From NCBI GenBank assembly GCA_964612665.1, contig CAZTCI010000007.1, forward strand, positions 18,981-82,980: DNA of 64,000 nt, read 5' to 3'. Positions 36,671-48,500 of the stretch are shown piece after piece. Numbering within the stretch: the stretch's first letter is position 1; every line of letters begins with the position of its first letter. The notes beneath the pieces were generated by a model that was not told the origin of the DNA, did not search any database, and saw nothing but the letters and a program-made list of their open reading frames with translations. This stretch comes from an uncultured Planctomycetales bacterium (lineage in GTDB: Bacteria; Omnitrophota; Gorgyraeia; Zapsychrales; JAHFFX01). Position numbers and translations under genes: made by a program.

Positions 36671-37410
36671 TACGATTTCACCGTTATAACGACATCGTAG
36701 CGCGGCGTCGGTATCGGCCGGCCGGGAATATTTTGTTTAAAAAATTGACAATCCAAATGATCCTTCCGACAGTAACCTAAAAAAAATTCTTCAGCAATAT
36801 ATAATTTCGTCAGATTATGGTCTAATTCTTGCGGCCACCATGGCCGGCCTTTAGCCGTAGACTTTTGGTATGATTTTGTTTCAGCTGCCGAGTGATGCAT
36901 TGGCGCAAGGATATCTCCCACTAAAATTTTTCCGCCATCCTTTAATAAACGCCGCATTCCATCCAGCATTCTTTGAATAGCTGATTCATCAGGAAGGTAT
37001 TGAGTCACACCATAACTAAAAATTCCGTCGAAAATCATTTCTCTAAAAGGAATTTCATCCGCTTTAGCGACAATAAAAAAACCTTTTGGATTAAGTGTGT
37101 ATGCCGTTTCGATCATGTGAAAAGAGACATCAACGCCCACAATCTTTTTGACTTTGCCTGAAAAAAATTGTGTAAAGTAACCGACACCGCAGCCAACATC
37201 TAGAATCGTATCGCTTGGGCGTGGCGCTAATTTATTAAAAACATCTTGGTGAGTTAAGTGAACCGCTTCCTCGCTATAAGGTTCACCCGTCTGTCCGTTT
37301 TGGTAGTAAGCGATTTTCATGCGCGGGTCATCAAAGACCTGAGCGGCGCGGTCAAACCACTCTGACCACGACGATAACGGGGTATTTTTTATATTTTTCA
37401 TATCGCCCAT
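36670..37410 (-). CDS. class I SAM-dependent methyltransferase
   Basis: ILDVGCGVGYF, then DGIFSYG. TAATG overlap with the downstream gene. Confidence 0.75.
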   Translation of the reverse strand: MGDMKNIKNTPLSSWSEWFDRAAQVFDDPRMKIAYYQNGQTGEPYSEEAVHLTHQDVFNKLAPRPSDTILDVGCGVGYFTQFFSGKVKKIVGVDVSFHMIETAYTLNPKGFFIVAKADEIPFREMIFDGIFSYGVTQYLPDESAIQRMLDGMRRLLKDGGKILVGDILAPMHHSAAETKSYQKSTAKGRPWWPQELDHNLTKLYIAEEFFLGYCRKDHLDCQFFKQNIPGRPIPTPRYDVVITVKS

Positions 37411-37418
37411 TTTTAACT

Positions 37419-39206
37419 TTAGCGGCCATTTCCATTCAAAGGAAATTTCGCAAGGCTATCAATCTTTAAAGATTCTAGAGGAACAAAATCATTGGCCGCT
37501 GGTTCTTCTGTTTTGGAAGCCCTGGAAAGATAATTTTCTTGATGAGACGCAGAAAAACGTCCGGCCAGCTTTGTCACTAATCCTGTCGTGTCATAAATAC
37601 GTAATGTGCCGAGCCGTTCTCTGTTATTGTTTAAAAAGGAAATAGATTGCCCAAGGTTTTCGTTATGTTCAAATACAATGCGTTCTAAAATGGCGGAATT
37701 GAAATGCGGAAAAACTTTAATGGGTTTCAGATGGCTGTCGATGATGCCGAGACATCCTTTCAATCGTAAATCAAACTTCTCACCATTGAACGTATAGGAA
37801 ATGTATGATTGCGGATCGACGATCACATAATGATATCCTTTCAAATACCAATCGATTAACCTCCGAAAACCATATGGCGCCGGCATGACGTCATTTTCAT
37901 TGGTGACAAACAGTTTTTGGATCCAGGGTTGGGTTGAAAGAATTCTGGCTTTGGGATCGCCTCGACGCAAAAACTCGACGGAACTTTTATAATCCGAGTG
38001 CGCCAACGCGAGGCTGGCGGTTTTGGGAATTAAGGAAAGTATCAAGAAAATTGTTCCGGCAATGGTCAAGGTTTTAGGGATCCTTTTTTCTTTTTCAAAA
38101 ATAAACACAATTAAAAAAGCAACCGCCATCGCAATAAACGGCAAAGCCACACACAAATAACGGACGGCCCGGTCACTCGTCAAAGAAAAAATGCCCATTA
38201 GTAATAAACTTAGTAAAAAAGGGAAACTGTACTGCCATTCCTTACGCACGATGAGATAAACATTGGCAAAAAATAAAGTCCCCAGAGCAAAACTTTCCAA
38301 AGTGAATAAATAATAAGGATAAGAAAAAAAGTTAAACCAATCCATGTGGACCTGGGCCAAGTCTGCCTGGTGAAATGTCCAGGCATAAATAGTATTCATA
38401 TTTTGCGCCCGGTCCATGCTGCCAATGATAAGTACGCCGGCAAAAAAGATTAAAGTGTGCCAGAGATATTTTCGAAAGACGGGCTTCCAGCTATTCTTAT
38501 TTCCAGAAGAAATAACATGGCGATAAATTTCAGTCATCGCGGTGAGCGCAGGAATAAAAATCAGGCGATAATTTGATAGATAGGCCCCGACGAAGAAAAC
38601 AGAAGAAATGAATGTTTGAAAACCGAATTCTTCGGTCAAAAGATAAGAATCAAAACCTAATAGGAAAAGCAAACCACTTAAAGCCTCCTGCAAAGCCAGC
38701 CTCGAATAAAAAACATGGCTCGGCAGAATCGATAATATAACCACGCTCAAAATAGCGACTGGTTTAGATTGAAAAAACTTCTTGGCAAAACGGTATGTCG
38801 CGAATAAGGTCAAGACACCCACAATCGCGGAGACAATCCTCGGGAAACTCCAATCCTCGGACGCGCCCCAAAATCCACGGCCGTCAACCAAGACAAACCA
38901 TAGCGGTTTACCTGTACCTAAAGAAAACCGGATCAAAGTATAAAAGGCCTTCCAAAATTCTATGAAACCGTGAGGCGGATATTCGGCCAAGGCTTTAACG
39001 AATTTGTAATTAAACTTTAAATAATAACCTTCGTCGAAAAGAAAAAAATTCGGCTGGTTGATAGCGTAGAATCTAAAAAAAAGACTTAAAGCAAAAATGA
39101 TAACAGCGGCGGCGAGACCAAGCTTTTGGAAAGATTTCCCACGATGGTTGACGGTCATTTTTTGATTCCCAATCCCAAATAAACAAGCGGGCGTAAAATA
39201 CTCCAC
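37419..39206 (-). CDS. GT-C fold membrane glycosyltransferase (ArnT/PMT family), module 2
   Basis: FDEGYY and ILPSHVFYSRLALQEA. The likely start is MTVNHRG at 39158, which gives an ATGA overlap with the upstream GT2. Confidence 0.7.
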   Translation of the reverse strand: MEYFTPACLFGIGNQKMTVNHRGKSFQKLGLAAAVIIFALSLFFRFYAINQPNFFLFDEGYYLKFNYKFVKALAEYPPHGFIEFWKAFYTLIRFSLGTGKPLWFVLVDGRGFWGASEDWSFPRIVSAIVGVLTLFATYRFAKKFFQSKPVAILSVVILSILPSHVFYSRLALQEALSGLLFLLGFDSYLLTEEFGFQTFISSVFFVGAYLSNYRLIFIPALTAMTEIYRHVISSGNKNSWKPVFRKYLWHTLIFFAGVLIIGSMDRAQNMNTIYAWTFHQADLAQVHMDWFNFFSYPYYLFTLESFALGTLFFANVYLIVRKEWQYSFPFLLSLLLMGIFSLTSDRAVRYLCVALPFIAMAVAFLIVFIFEKEKRIPKTLTIAGTIFLILSLIPKTASLALAHSDYKSSVEFLRRGDPKARILSTQPWIQKLFVTNENDVMPAPYGFRRLIDWYLKGYHYVIVDPQSYISYTFNGEKFDLRLKGCLGIIDSHLKPIKVFPHFNSAILERIVFEHNENLGQSISFLNNNRERLGTLRIYDTTGLVTKLAGRFSASHQENYLSRASKTEEPAANDFVPLESLKIDSLAKFPLNGNGR

Positions 39207-39871
39207 CAGCCGGTAATTGACTTCATCTTGGTGTATCCTTGCTGTCTCGGCGGGTAAATCTTGGTGACGGGGACTTCTTTGACTTTGTATTTCAAAATGA
39301 TGGCCTTGTAAAACATATAAGGCTCGAGTTCATATTGATTCAGCCACTCCTGATTAATGTCCATGAGCGGATCGTCGAGCAATGACAAACGCACCGCCCG
39401 ACAGCCGTTGGTGCTGTCGGTAATTTTTCGGCCGGTAATTAAAGAAAGCAACGCTGGATGGACAAACCGCGTGGAAACTTTTCTATAAAAAGGCATGCGA
39501 CCATGGACTCCGCCCGGAAGGTAACGCGAGCCTTGAACAAAATCATATCCCTCTTCCATCGCATTTTTGAATTTTACAATATCCTTCGGGTCATCTTTAT
39601 CGTTGCCGGATGCGAAAAACACGGCTTCATATCTTTTTTCCCGTCCATAATTAAAAATTTGACGGATGCAATGTCCGGCGCCTTTGGTAACGTCGTTACG
39701 AATGATTGTAACTGGAGAATTTTCCAGCGAAATATTTGATAAAGATCCGTCGTTTGAACCGTCATCGATAATTAAAACATCATAACAGCCGTAATCATTG
39801 TATTTTTGAATGACGCGTTTGACTTTTTCGCCTTCATTAAAAGCGCAGCTTCCTACCAAATATCTTTTCAT
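39155..39871 (-). CDS. GT2 polyprenyl-phosphate sugar synthase (Dpm1/ArnC-like), module 2
   Basis: VLIIDDGSNDGS and DFVQGSRYL. Confidence 0.8.
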   Translation of the reverse strand: MKRYLVGSCAFNEGEKVKRVIQKYNDYGCYDVLIIDDGSNDGSLSNISLENSPVTIIRNDVTKGAGHCIRQIFNYGREKRYEAVFFASGNDKDDPKDIVKFKNAMEEGYDFVQGSRYLPGGVHGRMPFYRKVSTRFVHPALLSLITGRKITDSTNGCRAVRLSLLDDPLMDINQEWLNQYELEPYMFYKAIILKYKVKEVPVTKIYPPRQQGYTKMKSITGWWSILRPLVYLGLGIKK

Positions 39872-39979
39872 AGGACGATTCTACAAGAATTCTCACAATA
39901 GTCATTTGTTTCTTTCAGAAATTTGATGGCGTCAGACTTTCTGACGCCATCAATCCTGAGCGAAGCCGAAGGATGCGGG

Positions 39980-40492
39980 TCATCCATTATCTCTCTTAAA
40001 ATCACCACTCTTACCACCCGTTTTTTTCAAAAGTTTTATACCAGAAATCACCATAGTTTTATCCGCCCATTTCATCATGTCATAAATCGTCAGACACGCG
40101 GCGCTGACGGCGGTTAAAGCTTCCATCTCAACGCCCGTCTGTCCCTGGCAAAGAACCTCGGCGATTGCGGTCACGGTTCTTTTGTTTTGGTTGATTTCGA
40201 AATGGACATGCACTTTGCTTAAAAGTAACGGATGGCATAATGGAATAATGGCGGGGGTTTGTTTCGCGGCCATAATGGCGGCGACTTTGGCGGTTTCAAG
40301 GACATCGCCTTTGGGGGAGGCTTTATTTATTAATGCCTTAAACGCGGGCAGGCTTAAGGTAATTGAACCGCAGGCGATAGCAACGCGTTTGGTTGCATCT
40401 TTATGGCTGATGTCGACCATGCCTTGTTGGAAGTTTGGTTTGGATTTGTTCATGGGGCCTTTCGTAAAGTGACCTGTGGGCGGCCCCGGCAA
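39980..40492 (-). CDS. moaC: cyclic pyranopterin monophosphate synthase
   Basis: MVDISHKD, KGDVL, IPLCHPL and TGVEMEALTA. Confidence 0.9.
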   Translation of the reverse strand: MPGPPTGHFTKGPMNKSKPNFQQGMVDISHKDATKRVAIACGSITLSLPAFKALINKASPKGDVLETAKVAAIMAAKQTPAIIPLCHPLLLSKVHVHFEINQNKRTVTAIAEVLCQGQTGVEMEALTAVSAACLTIYDMMKWADKTMVISGIKLLKKTGGKSGDFKRDNG

Positions 40493-40528
40493 CTACGCGG
40501 CGCCGCCGGGGCCGCCCGTCGTTATCGT

Positions 40529-40951
40529 TTATTCAAATCGCCCGATCCGCAGCATCCGTCGGGCGGACTTCTTTTCGGAACGCCGACGTTTGTGTTCCAA
40601 TATTTTTTCTTTAAGCGCCTTGGGACGCTGACGTTTTTGCCGTCGGATTTTTTCTTTCTTGTGAATTTCAGCCCGCGTTTTTTCTTTTTGGCGTTCGGCA
40701 ATTTTAGCGAGCAGCATCTTTCGCGCCAAAGAGCGGTTCATTCCTTGACTGCGCGATTCTTGGCACTTAACCGAAATTCCCGTCGGTTTATGAACGAGAT
40801 AAACACAAGTAGCCACTTTATTCACATTCTGCCCACCGGGACCGGATGATCGCACGAAAGATTCTTCAATCTCATCCGGTGAAACCCCCAATTGTCGCAT
40901 CTGCTTTTGCAGAATGATCTCTTCCTCCGCTGACATGCCACCTAGAGTCAT
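40529..40951 (-). CDS. arfB: ribosome-rescue peptidyl-tRNA hydrolase ArfB-like (GGQ domain plus a basic C-terminal tail)
   Basis: [15 protein letters not shown] motif, 140 aa, K/R-rich tail. Confidence 0.7.
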   Translation of the reverse strand: MTLGGMSAEEEIILQKQMRQLGVSPDEIEESFVRSSGPGGQNVNKVATCVYLVHKPTGISVKCQESRSQGMNRSLARKMLLAKIAERQKEKTRAEIHKKEKIRRQKRQRPKALKEKILEHKRRRSEKKSARRMLRIGRFE

Positions 40952-41832
40952 TGCGTCCTCTTTCGCTTAAATAAAAACGCCTGCCACGCCCGGCTTTTTT
41001 TAATGGTAAGACATTGTAAAGGAAGCCTGGCGAATTCTTTTTGCAGCCAAGGTGCATTCTCAACAGAAACACCCGAAACTGCCAACAATTTTCCCGGCGC
41101 GACCAAAGAAATGATCTTCCGTTTAAGCCGCACTAAATCATGTGTTGTTAAATTGGCCACAACCAAATCAAATTTTTTGTTACTCTTAAGAGTCTTAATA
41201 TCTAATGCACCTAAATAGTTCAATTCACACTTATTCCGACGACAATTAGCCCGCGCGACTTCAATGGCTTGCGGATCAATGTCAACCGCCCAAACTTCTT
41301 TGGCCTCCGATTTTAAAGCAACCAGCGCCAAGATTCCGGTGCCAGTACCGATATCCAAAACACTATTAAACTGACCACGGCATTGTTCAATAAGCTCGGC
41401 CATAAAACGCGTTGTATCATGTAATCCCGTTCCAAACGCCGTCACCGTATCAATCAGAATCGGCGTTCGATTACGAAGCGCTTTATATTTTTTACGATGC
41501 CACGCCGGCACAATATCCAAACGCCTTGTCAAATGAAACGGCGCAAAATCCCTTTTCCACCGGTCCCGCCAATCCGCTTTTTTAAGCAACGTTAAATTAA
41601 CCCGGACATTTTTCAGTTTAAGCTGAATAATCTTTTCCTTTAAACGTTCAGCTTGCGCCAACGACCTTAAAAAAGTTTGAACCCCAGCATTACCATCTTG
41701 ACTATAATCAACAATATCTTCTTGAACGAGGCCTTGTTGGAGCAAAAAGTTACGCAAAACTTCCGGCAACCCAAAACGGGATGCAGGTCCCATAATGGAT
41801 AGTTCAACAAGTTTTTCTGGCAGTTTAGACAT
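40948..41832 (-). CDS. prmA: ribosomal protein L11 methyltransferase
   Basis: [11 protein letters not shown] and [11 protein letters not shown]. Confidence 0.85.
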   Translation of the reverse strand: MSKLPEKLVELSIMGPASRFGLPEVLRNFLLQQGLVQEDIVDYSQDGNAGVQTFLRSLAQAERLKEKIIQLKLKNVRVNLTLLKKADWRDRWKRDFAPFHLTRRLDIVPAWHRKKYKALRNRTPILIDTVTAFGTGLHDTTRFMAELIEQCRGQFNSVLDIGTGTGILALVALKSEAKEVWAVDIDPQAIEVARANCRRNKCELNYLGALDIKTLKSNKKFDLVVANLTTHDLVRLKRKIISLVAPGKLLAVSGVSVENAPWLQKEFARLPLQCLTIKKSRAWQAFLFKRKRTQ

Positions 41833-42033
41833 GGAAAATGGGTAAAATAAAAAACGCTGATAGCGCGCTATAGAATATCCATAAAGCCGGTCTTCGTCAA
41901 CTTTTCGTTGTAATTTCGGTTAAATCCTCGTCTCAAATTGCCTTTTTTATTTCTTTGAATTTTCTTGCTTTTTTCGGAATATAGGTTATAGTAAATTCAG
42001 TTTTCAAGGAGGGAAAACTCTTTTTCCCAATCT

Positions 42034-43878
42034 ATGAATATCAAAAATATCCATTCTTTCCACGTCCCGGTCATGGGTACCGGGTTCTCCATCGATACCC
42101 CCATCAAAGTTGCTCATTACGGAATTTCATCAGTTATTTCTTTGGTGGATGATACTCTCATTGAAGAGATGCGCAAATTTTACTGCGCCAAGCATGAAGA
42201 ACCCTATACGCCCATTACCAAATACGATGAAGATTTCCGTGCGCGGCGCATCACGGCTTATCTTGATTTAGTCGACCGTATTGTCAAAAAGCAATTTGAA
42301 AATCTCAAAAATTCTCCCTTCGAACCTGGCAGCGAGATCACCAAATATTTTGAACTTTTATATGACGATTCTCCTTTAAAATTGCGTTATCAGGCCATGC
42401 TTAAAGCGCAATCCTCCGAAGAAAAACAAATTCTTCAAATCGAATTGCGTCATGCCATCAAACCTGGCGACATCAATGTCAATATCATGACCAAACTTGA
42501 CCGGATGAACTATAGCCAAGATGGCCAAGAATTACCGTCGGAATATTCCGATGCCCTCTCGGCATTGCGCGGCTACGCGCAAAGCACCTTAACTTCCGCC
42601 ATTGTTTTCTCCGCTGGGATTAACCGCCGGCTCTATAGTTATATCGAAAATTTCAAAGATTTCTACGCCGATGCAACAGGCTTTATCAAGAAAAAAATAA
42701 TTCTTAAAGTCAGCGACTACCGCTCTTCAATTACACAAGGTAAATTCCTCGCTAAAAAAGGCTTGTGGGTTTCCGAATATCGCGTCGAATCCGGTCTGAA
42801 CTGCGGCGGCCACGCGTTTGCCACCGACGGATTTCTAATGGGTCCTATCCTTGAGGAATTTAGAATCAAAAGACAAGAACTTATTAACGGTCTGCATGAT
42901 GTTTATAACGAAGCCTTAAAACTTAAAAACAAAATCCCTTTTCTCAGTCCTCATGAAATTCGGATTACTGCCCAAGGCGGTATTGGGACGGCAAAAGAAA
43001 ATAAATTTCTTCTGGAACATTACCAGCTCGACGGCACTGGCTGGGCGACTCCTTTTCTTTTGGTTCCTGAAGTTACTAATGTTGAGGAGGAAACCTTACA
43101 AAAATTGGTGGCCGCCAAAGAAAACGATCTTTATTTAAGCGATGTTTCGCCATTAGGCGTTCCTTTTAACAATCTCCGCAATTCGCCGAGTGATTTAGAA
43201 AGAGACAGCCGCGTTGAAAAAAGCCGCCCGGGAAGTGCCTGCCCGAAAGGTCATTTGGTTTCTAATACTGAATTCAGCAAAGAACCTATCTGTACCGCCT
43301 CCCGGTTTTATCAAAAACTCAAAATTGAACAACTGGAAAAAATGGATCTTTCCCCTTCCCATTTTAAAAGTTTGTTTCAAAAGGTTGTTTCGAAATCCTG
43401 TATTTGTAATGATCTCGGCGAAGGTGTTCTGATTAAAAATAATATCAATCCCGCCAAGAAAAAAGTGGCCGCGGTCTGTCCAGGACCAAACATCGCCTAT
43501 TTTTCAAAAATTGCAACGCTCGCTGAAATGGTCAATCATATTTATGGACGCACAAATTTAATAGATAATACCTACCGCCCGCATATGTTTATTAATGAAT
43601 TAAAAATGTATGTAGATTATTTAAAAAATGAAGTCAAAAAATGCCTTCCAGAACCGACGACGAAAGAGGTTCAGTATCTAAAAGAATTCAAAAACAACCT
43701 CTTTGATGGCATGGAATATTACAAGACCCTCTTCCCTCAAATGCTTGAAGAAACTGAAGAATTCCGTCAGAAAATGTCAGAAGAACTGACCCGTCATAAA
43801 CAAATTTTGGAAGAATTAATTACGACCCACCGTCATCTCTTCTTGGATTCGTTGACTCCCGCTGCTGTACCTGTTTAA
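42034..43878 (+). CDS. hypothetical 614-aa protein; weak resemblance to FMN/phosphate-binding TIM-barrel oxidoreductases (NMO/GltS-like)
   Basis: The only long plus-strand gene in the region. Motifs PVMGTGFSIDTPIKVA, SGLNCGGHAF and ITAQGGIGTAKEN...DGTGWATPFLL resemble (beta/alpha)8 FMN-enzyme phosphate-binding segments. The C-terminal 150 aa are helical and K/E-rich. Confidence 0.4.
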   Translation: MNIKNIHSFHVPVMGTGFSIDTPIKVAHYGISSVISLVDDTLIEEMRKFYCAKHEEPYTPITKYDEDFRARRITAYLDLVDRIVKKQFENLKNSPFEPGSEITKYFELLYDDSPLKLRYQAMLKAQSSEEKQILQIELRHAIKPGDINVNIMTKLDRMNYSQDGQELPSEYSDALSALRGYAQSTLTSAIVFSAGINRRLYSYIENFKDFYADATGFIKKKIILKVSDYRSSITQGKFLAKKGLWVSEYRVESGLNCGGHAFATDGFLMGPILEEFRIKRQELINGLHDVYNEALKLKNKIPFLSPHEIRITAQGGIGTAKENKFLLEHYQLDGTGWATPFLLVPEVTNVEEETLQKLVAAKENDLYLSDVSPLGVPFNNLRNSPSDLERDSRVEKSRPGSACPKGHLVSNTEFSKEPICTASRFYQKLKIEQLEKMDLSPSHFKSLFQKVVSKSCICNDLGEGVLIKNNINPAKKKVAAVCPGPNIAYFSKIATLAEMVNHIYGRTNLIDNTYRPHMFINELKMYVDYLKNEVKKCLPEPTTKEVQYLKEFKNNLFDGMEYYKTLFPQMLEETEEFRQKMSEELTRHKQILEELITTHRHLFLDSLTPAAVPV

Positions 43879-43888
43879 TTTTTTTAAA

Positions 43889-43940
43889 AGCAAAAATAAA
43901 AAACCGGCTGGTCATATCGAACCAACCGGTTTTTTATTTT
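43889..43940. terminator. bidirectional Rho-independent terminator between convergent genes
   Basis: A-tract, then stem AACCGGCTGGT / ACCAACCGGTT with loop CATATCGA, then T-tract. Confidence 0.65.
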
Positions 43941-43949
43941 TCATTTCAA

Positions 43950-45932
<1,983 letters not shown>

Positions 45933-45942
45933 TTATTTTTTC

Positions 45943-46344
45943 TTATTCAATTAAATTTAACAATCTTTTAGTTCTGAAAACCAGCGTAAGACGAAATACT
46001 CCAACGAGCAGAAGACTCCCGGGCGCCAGAATGGCAAAAATCTTTACGGCCGCAAAGGCAAGTTGGATTACCAAACTAAAATAAAGCTTAGCCGATGTCA
46101 GCAACTGTTTTTCTAACTCACTATGAGGTTCAAGACTATTCAAATAATTATTATTTTCAGCTATCTTGGTGATTAAATCTCGGGAACAAAACGGAGCAAA
46201 AACTCCAAGCGGATGGATTAAAAAAGAAAGCCAAATCATAATTGCTAAGCAAATAAACACAATTCCTGATATTTTGCCAACAATAAGATTTCTTTTCAGT
46301 TTATCTAAATATTTTTTATCTTCTAAGCTGAGGATTTTATTCAT
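45943..46344 (-). CDS. hypothetical membrane protein (two TM helices)
   Basis: ORF track and hydrophobicity only. Confidence 0.35.
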   Translation of the reverse strand: MNKILSLEDKKYLDKLKRNLIVGKISGIVFICLAIMIWLSFLIHPLGVFAPFCSRDLITKIAENNNYLNSLEPHSELEKQLLTSAKLYFSLVIQLAFAAVKIFAILAPGSLLLVGVFRLTLVFRTKRLLNLIE

Positions 46345-46369
46345 TGAAGAATTTCTGACTTAAACTTAC

Positions 46370-46741
46370 TTAACTAAACGACGTCCCACAACCGCAGCTC
46401 GAGGACGCATTAGGATTACGATACTTAAATCCACTTTCATTAAGCGAATCTACATAATCAATCTCAATGCCTTTGAGATAAGAAAGACTTTCATCATTAA
46501 TAAAAATCTTTAGACCATCTTGTTCGGTCACCATATCATTATCATAAGGGTTTTTCTGAAAACGAAGATTATAAGAAAGTCCAGCGCACCCGCCGGGCGA
46601 TACACTTACGCGTAACCCGCAATCCGCCTTCCCTTCTTTTTCTTTCATCGATTTAAGTTTTGCAATGGCCGACGGGGTTAGATGGATAATCTTTGGCGTC
46701 GATGCTGGCTGTTGTTTATTTACAACTTCCATTTTAATCAC
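46370..46741 (-). CDS. iron-sulfur cluster insertion protein, IscA/ErpA/SufA (HesB) family
   Basis: C-terminal CGCGTSF, plus the internal Cys in GGCAGLSY. Confidence 0.85.
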   Translation of the reverse strand: MIKMEVVNKQQPASTPKIIHLTPSAIAKLKSMKEKEGKADCGLRVSVSPGGCAGLSYNLRFQKNPYDNDMVTEQDGLKIFINDESLSYLKGIEIDYVDSLNESGFKYRNPNASSSCGCGTSFS

Positions 46742-46828
46742 TCCTTTATGACTTCTATGAACTTCCTATCAAAAAACATAACATACCCTAAAGTCAGCGT
46801 CAACTTTTCCTTTAAGCTCAATCATCTT

Positions 46829-48010
46829 TTACTGGACAGCTTCCGACGCCGTTTTAGGATAAAATAAAGCAATACTACTGGTAAAACCATGTAAAAAATT
46901 ATGGTGGCACACCGGCCCTATTTCACCGGCGCAAAAAAAACCCGCCGCCGGCATTGGCCCCAAAAACTGCTGAATCAATTTAATATCATGATCTTTTTCA
47001 CGAAATAAATTTATACCGCGGCCATTGCACGAAAAAACCAGCGCCCCTTTGGGCTTTTCAAAAGAACCGTGTTTAAAACCGTTTAACAACTCCTGTAAAT
47101 CTTCCGTCGCTGCATTAGCATCGCGCACATGAAACTGAATCGTTTGTCCCTTCTTAACGTAGTCAGCAATCAATCCAGCGCCCGAGGTTTGATCAATCCC
47201 CATTAATCCCCGGATCAAAAAATCGCCGCGTTTAAATTCGTGCCGGTATTCATCCATGGCAATCCCGACGAAAAGAGCTTCCTGGGCGAGCAGTTTATCT
47301 TGAGCACTGACGTTGTGCATGACTTCCTGCAAAACTTCCAAAAAAGGCCGTCCCGCAAGTTCACGAATAATATTGTCGCGGGCTTTCGTGACAATAAATG
47401 TTTCGCCAATCGGCCGGCAGCCTTGAGACACAACGGTTTTAAGCGTCACATCACCGGTTAATACAGCGCCCACTAATCCGCCGTCAAAAGATTCTCCATT
47501 TAAAATCAATGTATTTTGCCCCGGCTGAAAAGCCCCTGACGCCAATCCGCCCATAATCTGGCATTTGGGATAGAACTGATTAATCTGATTCAGAAAATAA
47601 TTCATGTCAAACATAAAGGGGTCGGGTAAAACTAAAAAAATCGGCGCCTCGTTTGGAAACACTTGAAAAAAGTTATACCAATCTTCTTTGGATTTCAAAC
47701 TTTCGAGCTCCGACTGATTTAACACAAACGGCAAAATCTTAACGCCAGGCAATTTACCGAGGATTAAAACATTGGCAGGTTGTCCCTCAATTTCCGTTTG
47801 ACTGCCGATCACCCCAGCACAGGTGCAGCCTAAAAAATTCCGCACCTTGATCCGTCGGCGCAGCAGCATCATAATTTCTTCAGCAGCAATTTTATTGAAA
47901 GACGCCATAAATAAAAATCCTAAATCAAATTGACCTTCGACACCTCTGGTTAAATCCTCAATGACTTTAGAAGTATCCGCCGCACTGCTTATTTGACTGA
48001 TAAATTCCAT
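46829..48010 (-). CDS. FIST-domain signal-transduction protein (tentative)
   Basis: The N-terminal region with GCTCAGVIGS and the overall length fit FIST_N/FIST_C. Confidence 0.5.
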   Translation of the reverse strand: MEFISQISSAADTSKVIEDLTRGVEGQFDLGFLFMASFNKIAAEEIMMLLRRRIKVRNFLGCTCAGVIGSQTEIEGQPANVLILGKLPGVKILPFVLNQSELESLKSKEDWYNFFQVFPNEAPIFLVLPDPFMFDMNYFLNQINQFYPKCQIMGGLASGAFQPGQNTLILNGESFDGGLVGAVLTGDVTLKTVVSQGCRPIGETFIVTKARDNIIRELAGRPFLEVLQEVMHNVSAQDKLLAQEALFVGIAMDEYRHEFKRGDFLIRGLMGIDQTSGAGLIADYVKKGQTIQFHVRDANAATEDLQELLNGFKHGSFEKPKGALVFSCNGRGINLFREKDHDIKLIQQFLGPMPAAGFFCAGEIGPVCHHNFLHGFTSSIALFYPKTASEAVQ

Positions 48011-48040
48011 AATTGTTCTGAGAGTTTAAAAGGTTTGAAA

Positions 48041-48484
48041 TTAAACCGAACGCTGAACGTCTTCACCGGCACGAATCATTAAAACGGGAATACTGGTCCG
48101 GTGACGAACCGTGTCCGCGACACTTCCTAAAATAACATCTTTTATAAAACGATGTCCATGCGTTGACATCGCGATCAAATCACACTGCTCTTGATCGGCT
48201 AATGTGAGGATTTGATTTGCTGGATCGCCGGCGGCCAAGTGCGTTTTGACTTGAAATCCTTCCTGCGCAAATTCTTTTTCACATTCCTGTAAATAATTCC
48301 GGTCTTGTTCGATTTCCTGGGAGTCTTGAAGGTTCAACTGATTTTGTAAACGCGCGGCATAACCGTCCGCCACATGCACCAGCACTAACGAAGCGCCGGT
48401 TAATTTTGCTAATGAACGAATATGGGACAAAATGACACGGTCCGTCGGAGAATTCTCTAAGGGAATCAAAATTTTTTTATACAT
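48041..48484 (-). CDS. uspA: universal stress protein
   Basis: ILIPLENS, and MSTHGHRFIKDVILGSVADTVRHRTSIPVLMI. Confidence 0.85.
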   Translation of the reverse strand: MYKKILIPLENSPTDRVILSHIRSLAKLTGASLVLVHVADGYAARLQNQLNLQDSQEIEQDRNYLQECEKEFAQEGFQVKTHLAAGDPANQILTLADQEQCDLIAMSTHGHRFIKDVILGSVADTVRHRTSIPVLMIRAGEDVQRSV

Positions 48485-48500
48485 ACGCGTAATAATCTCC

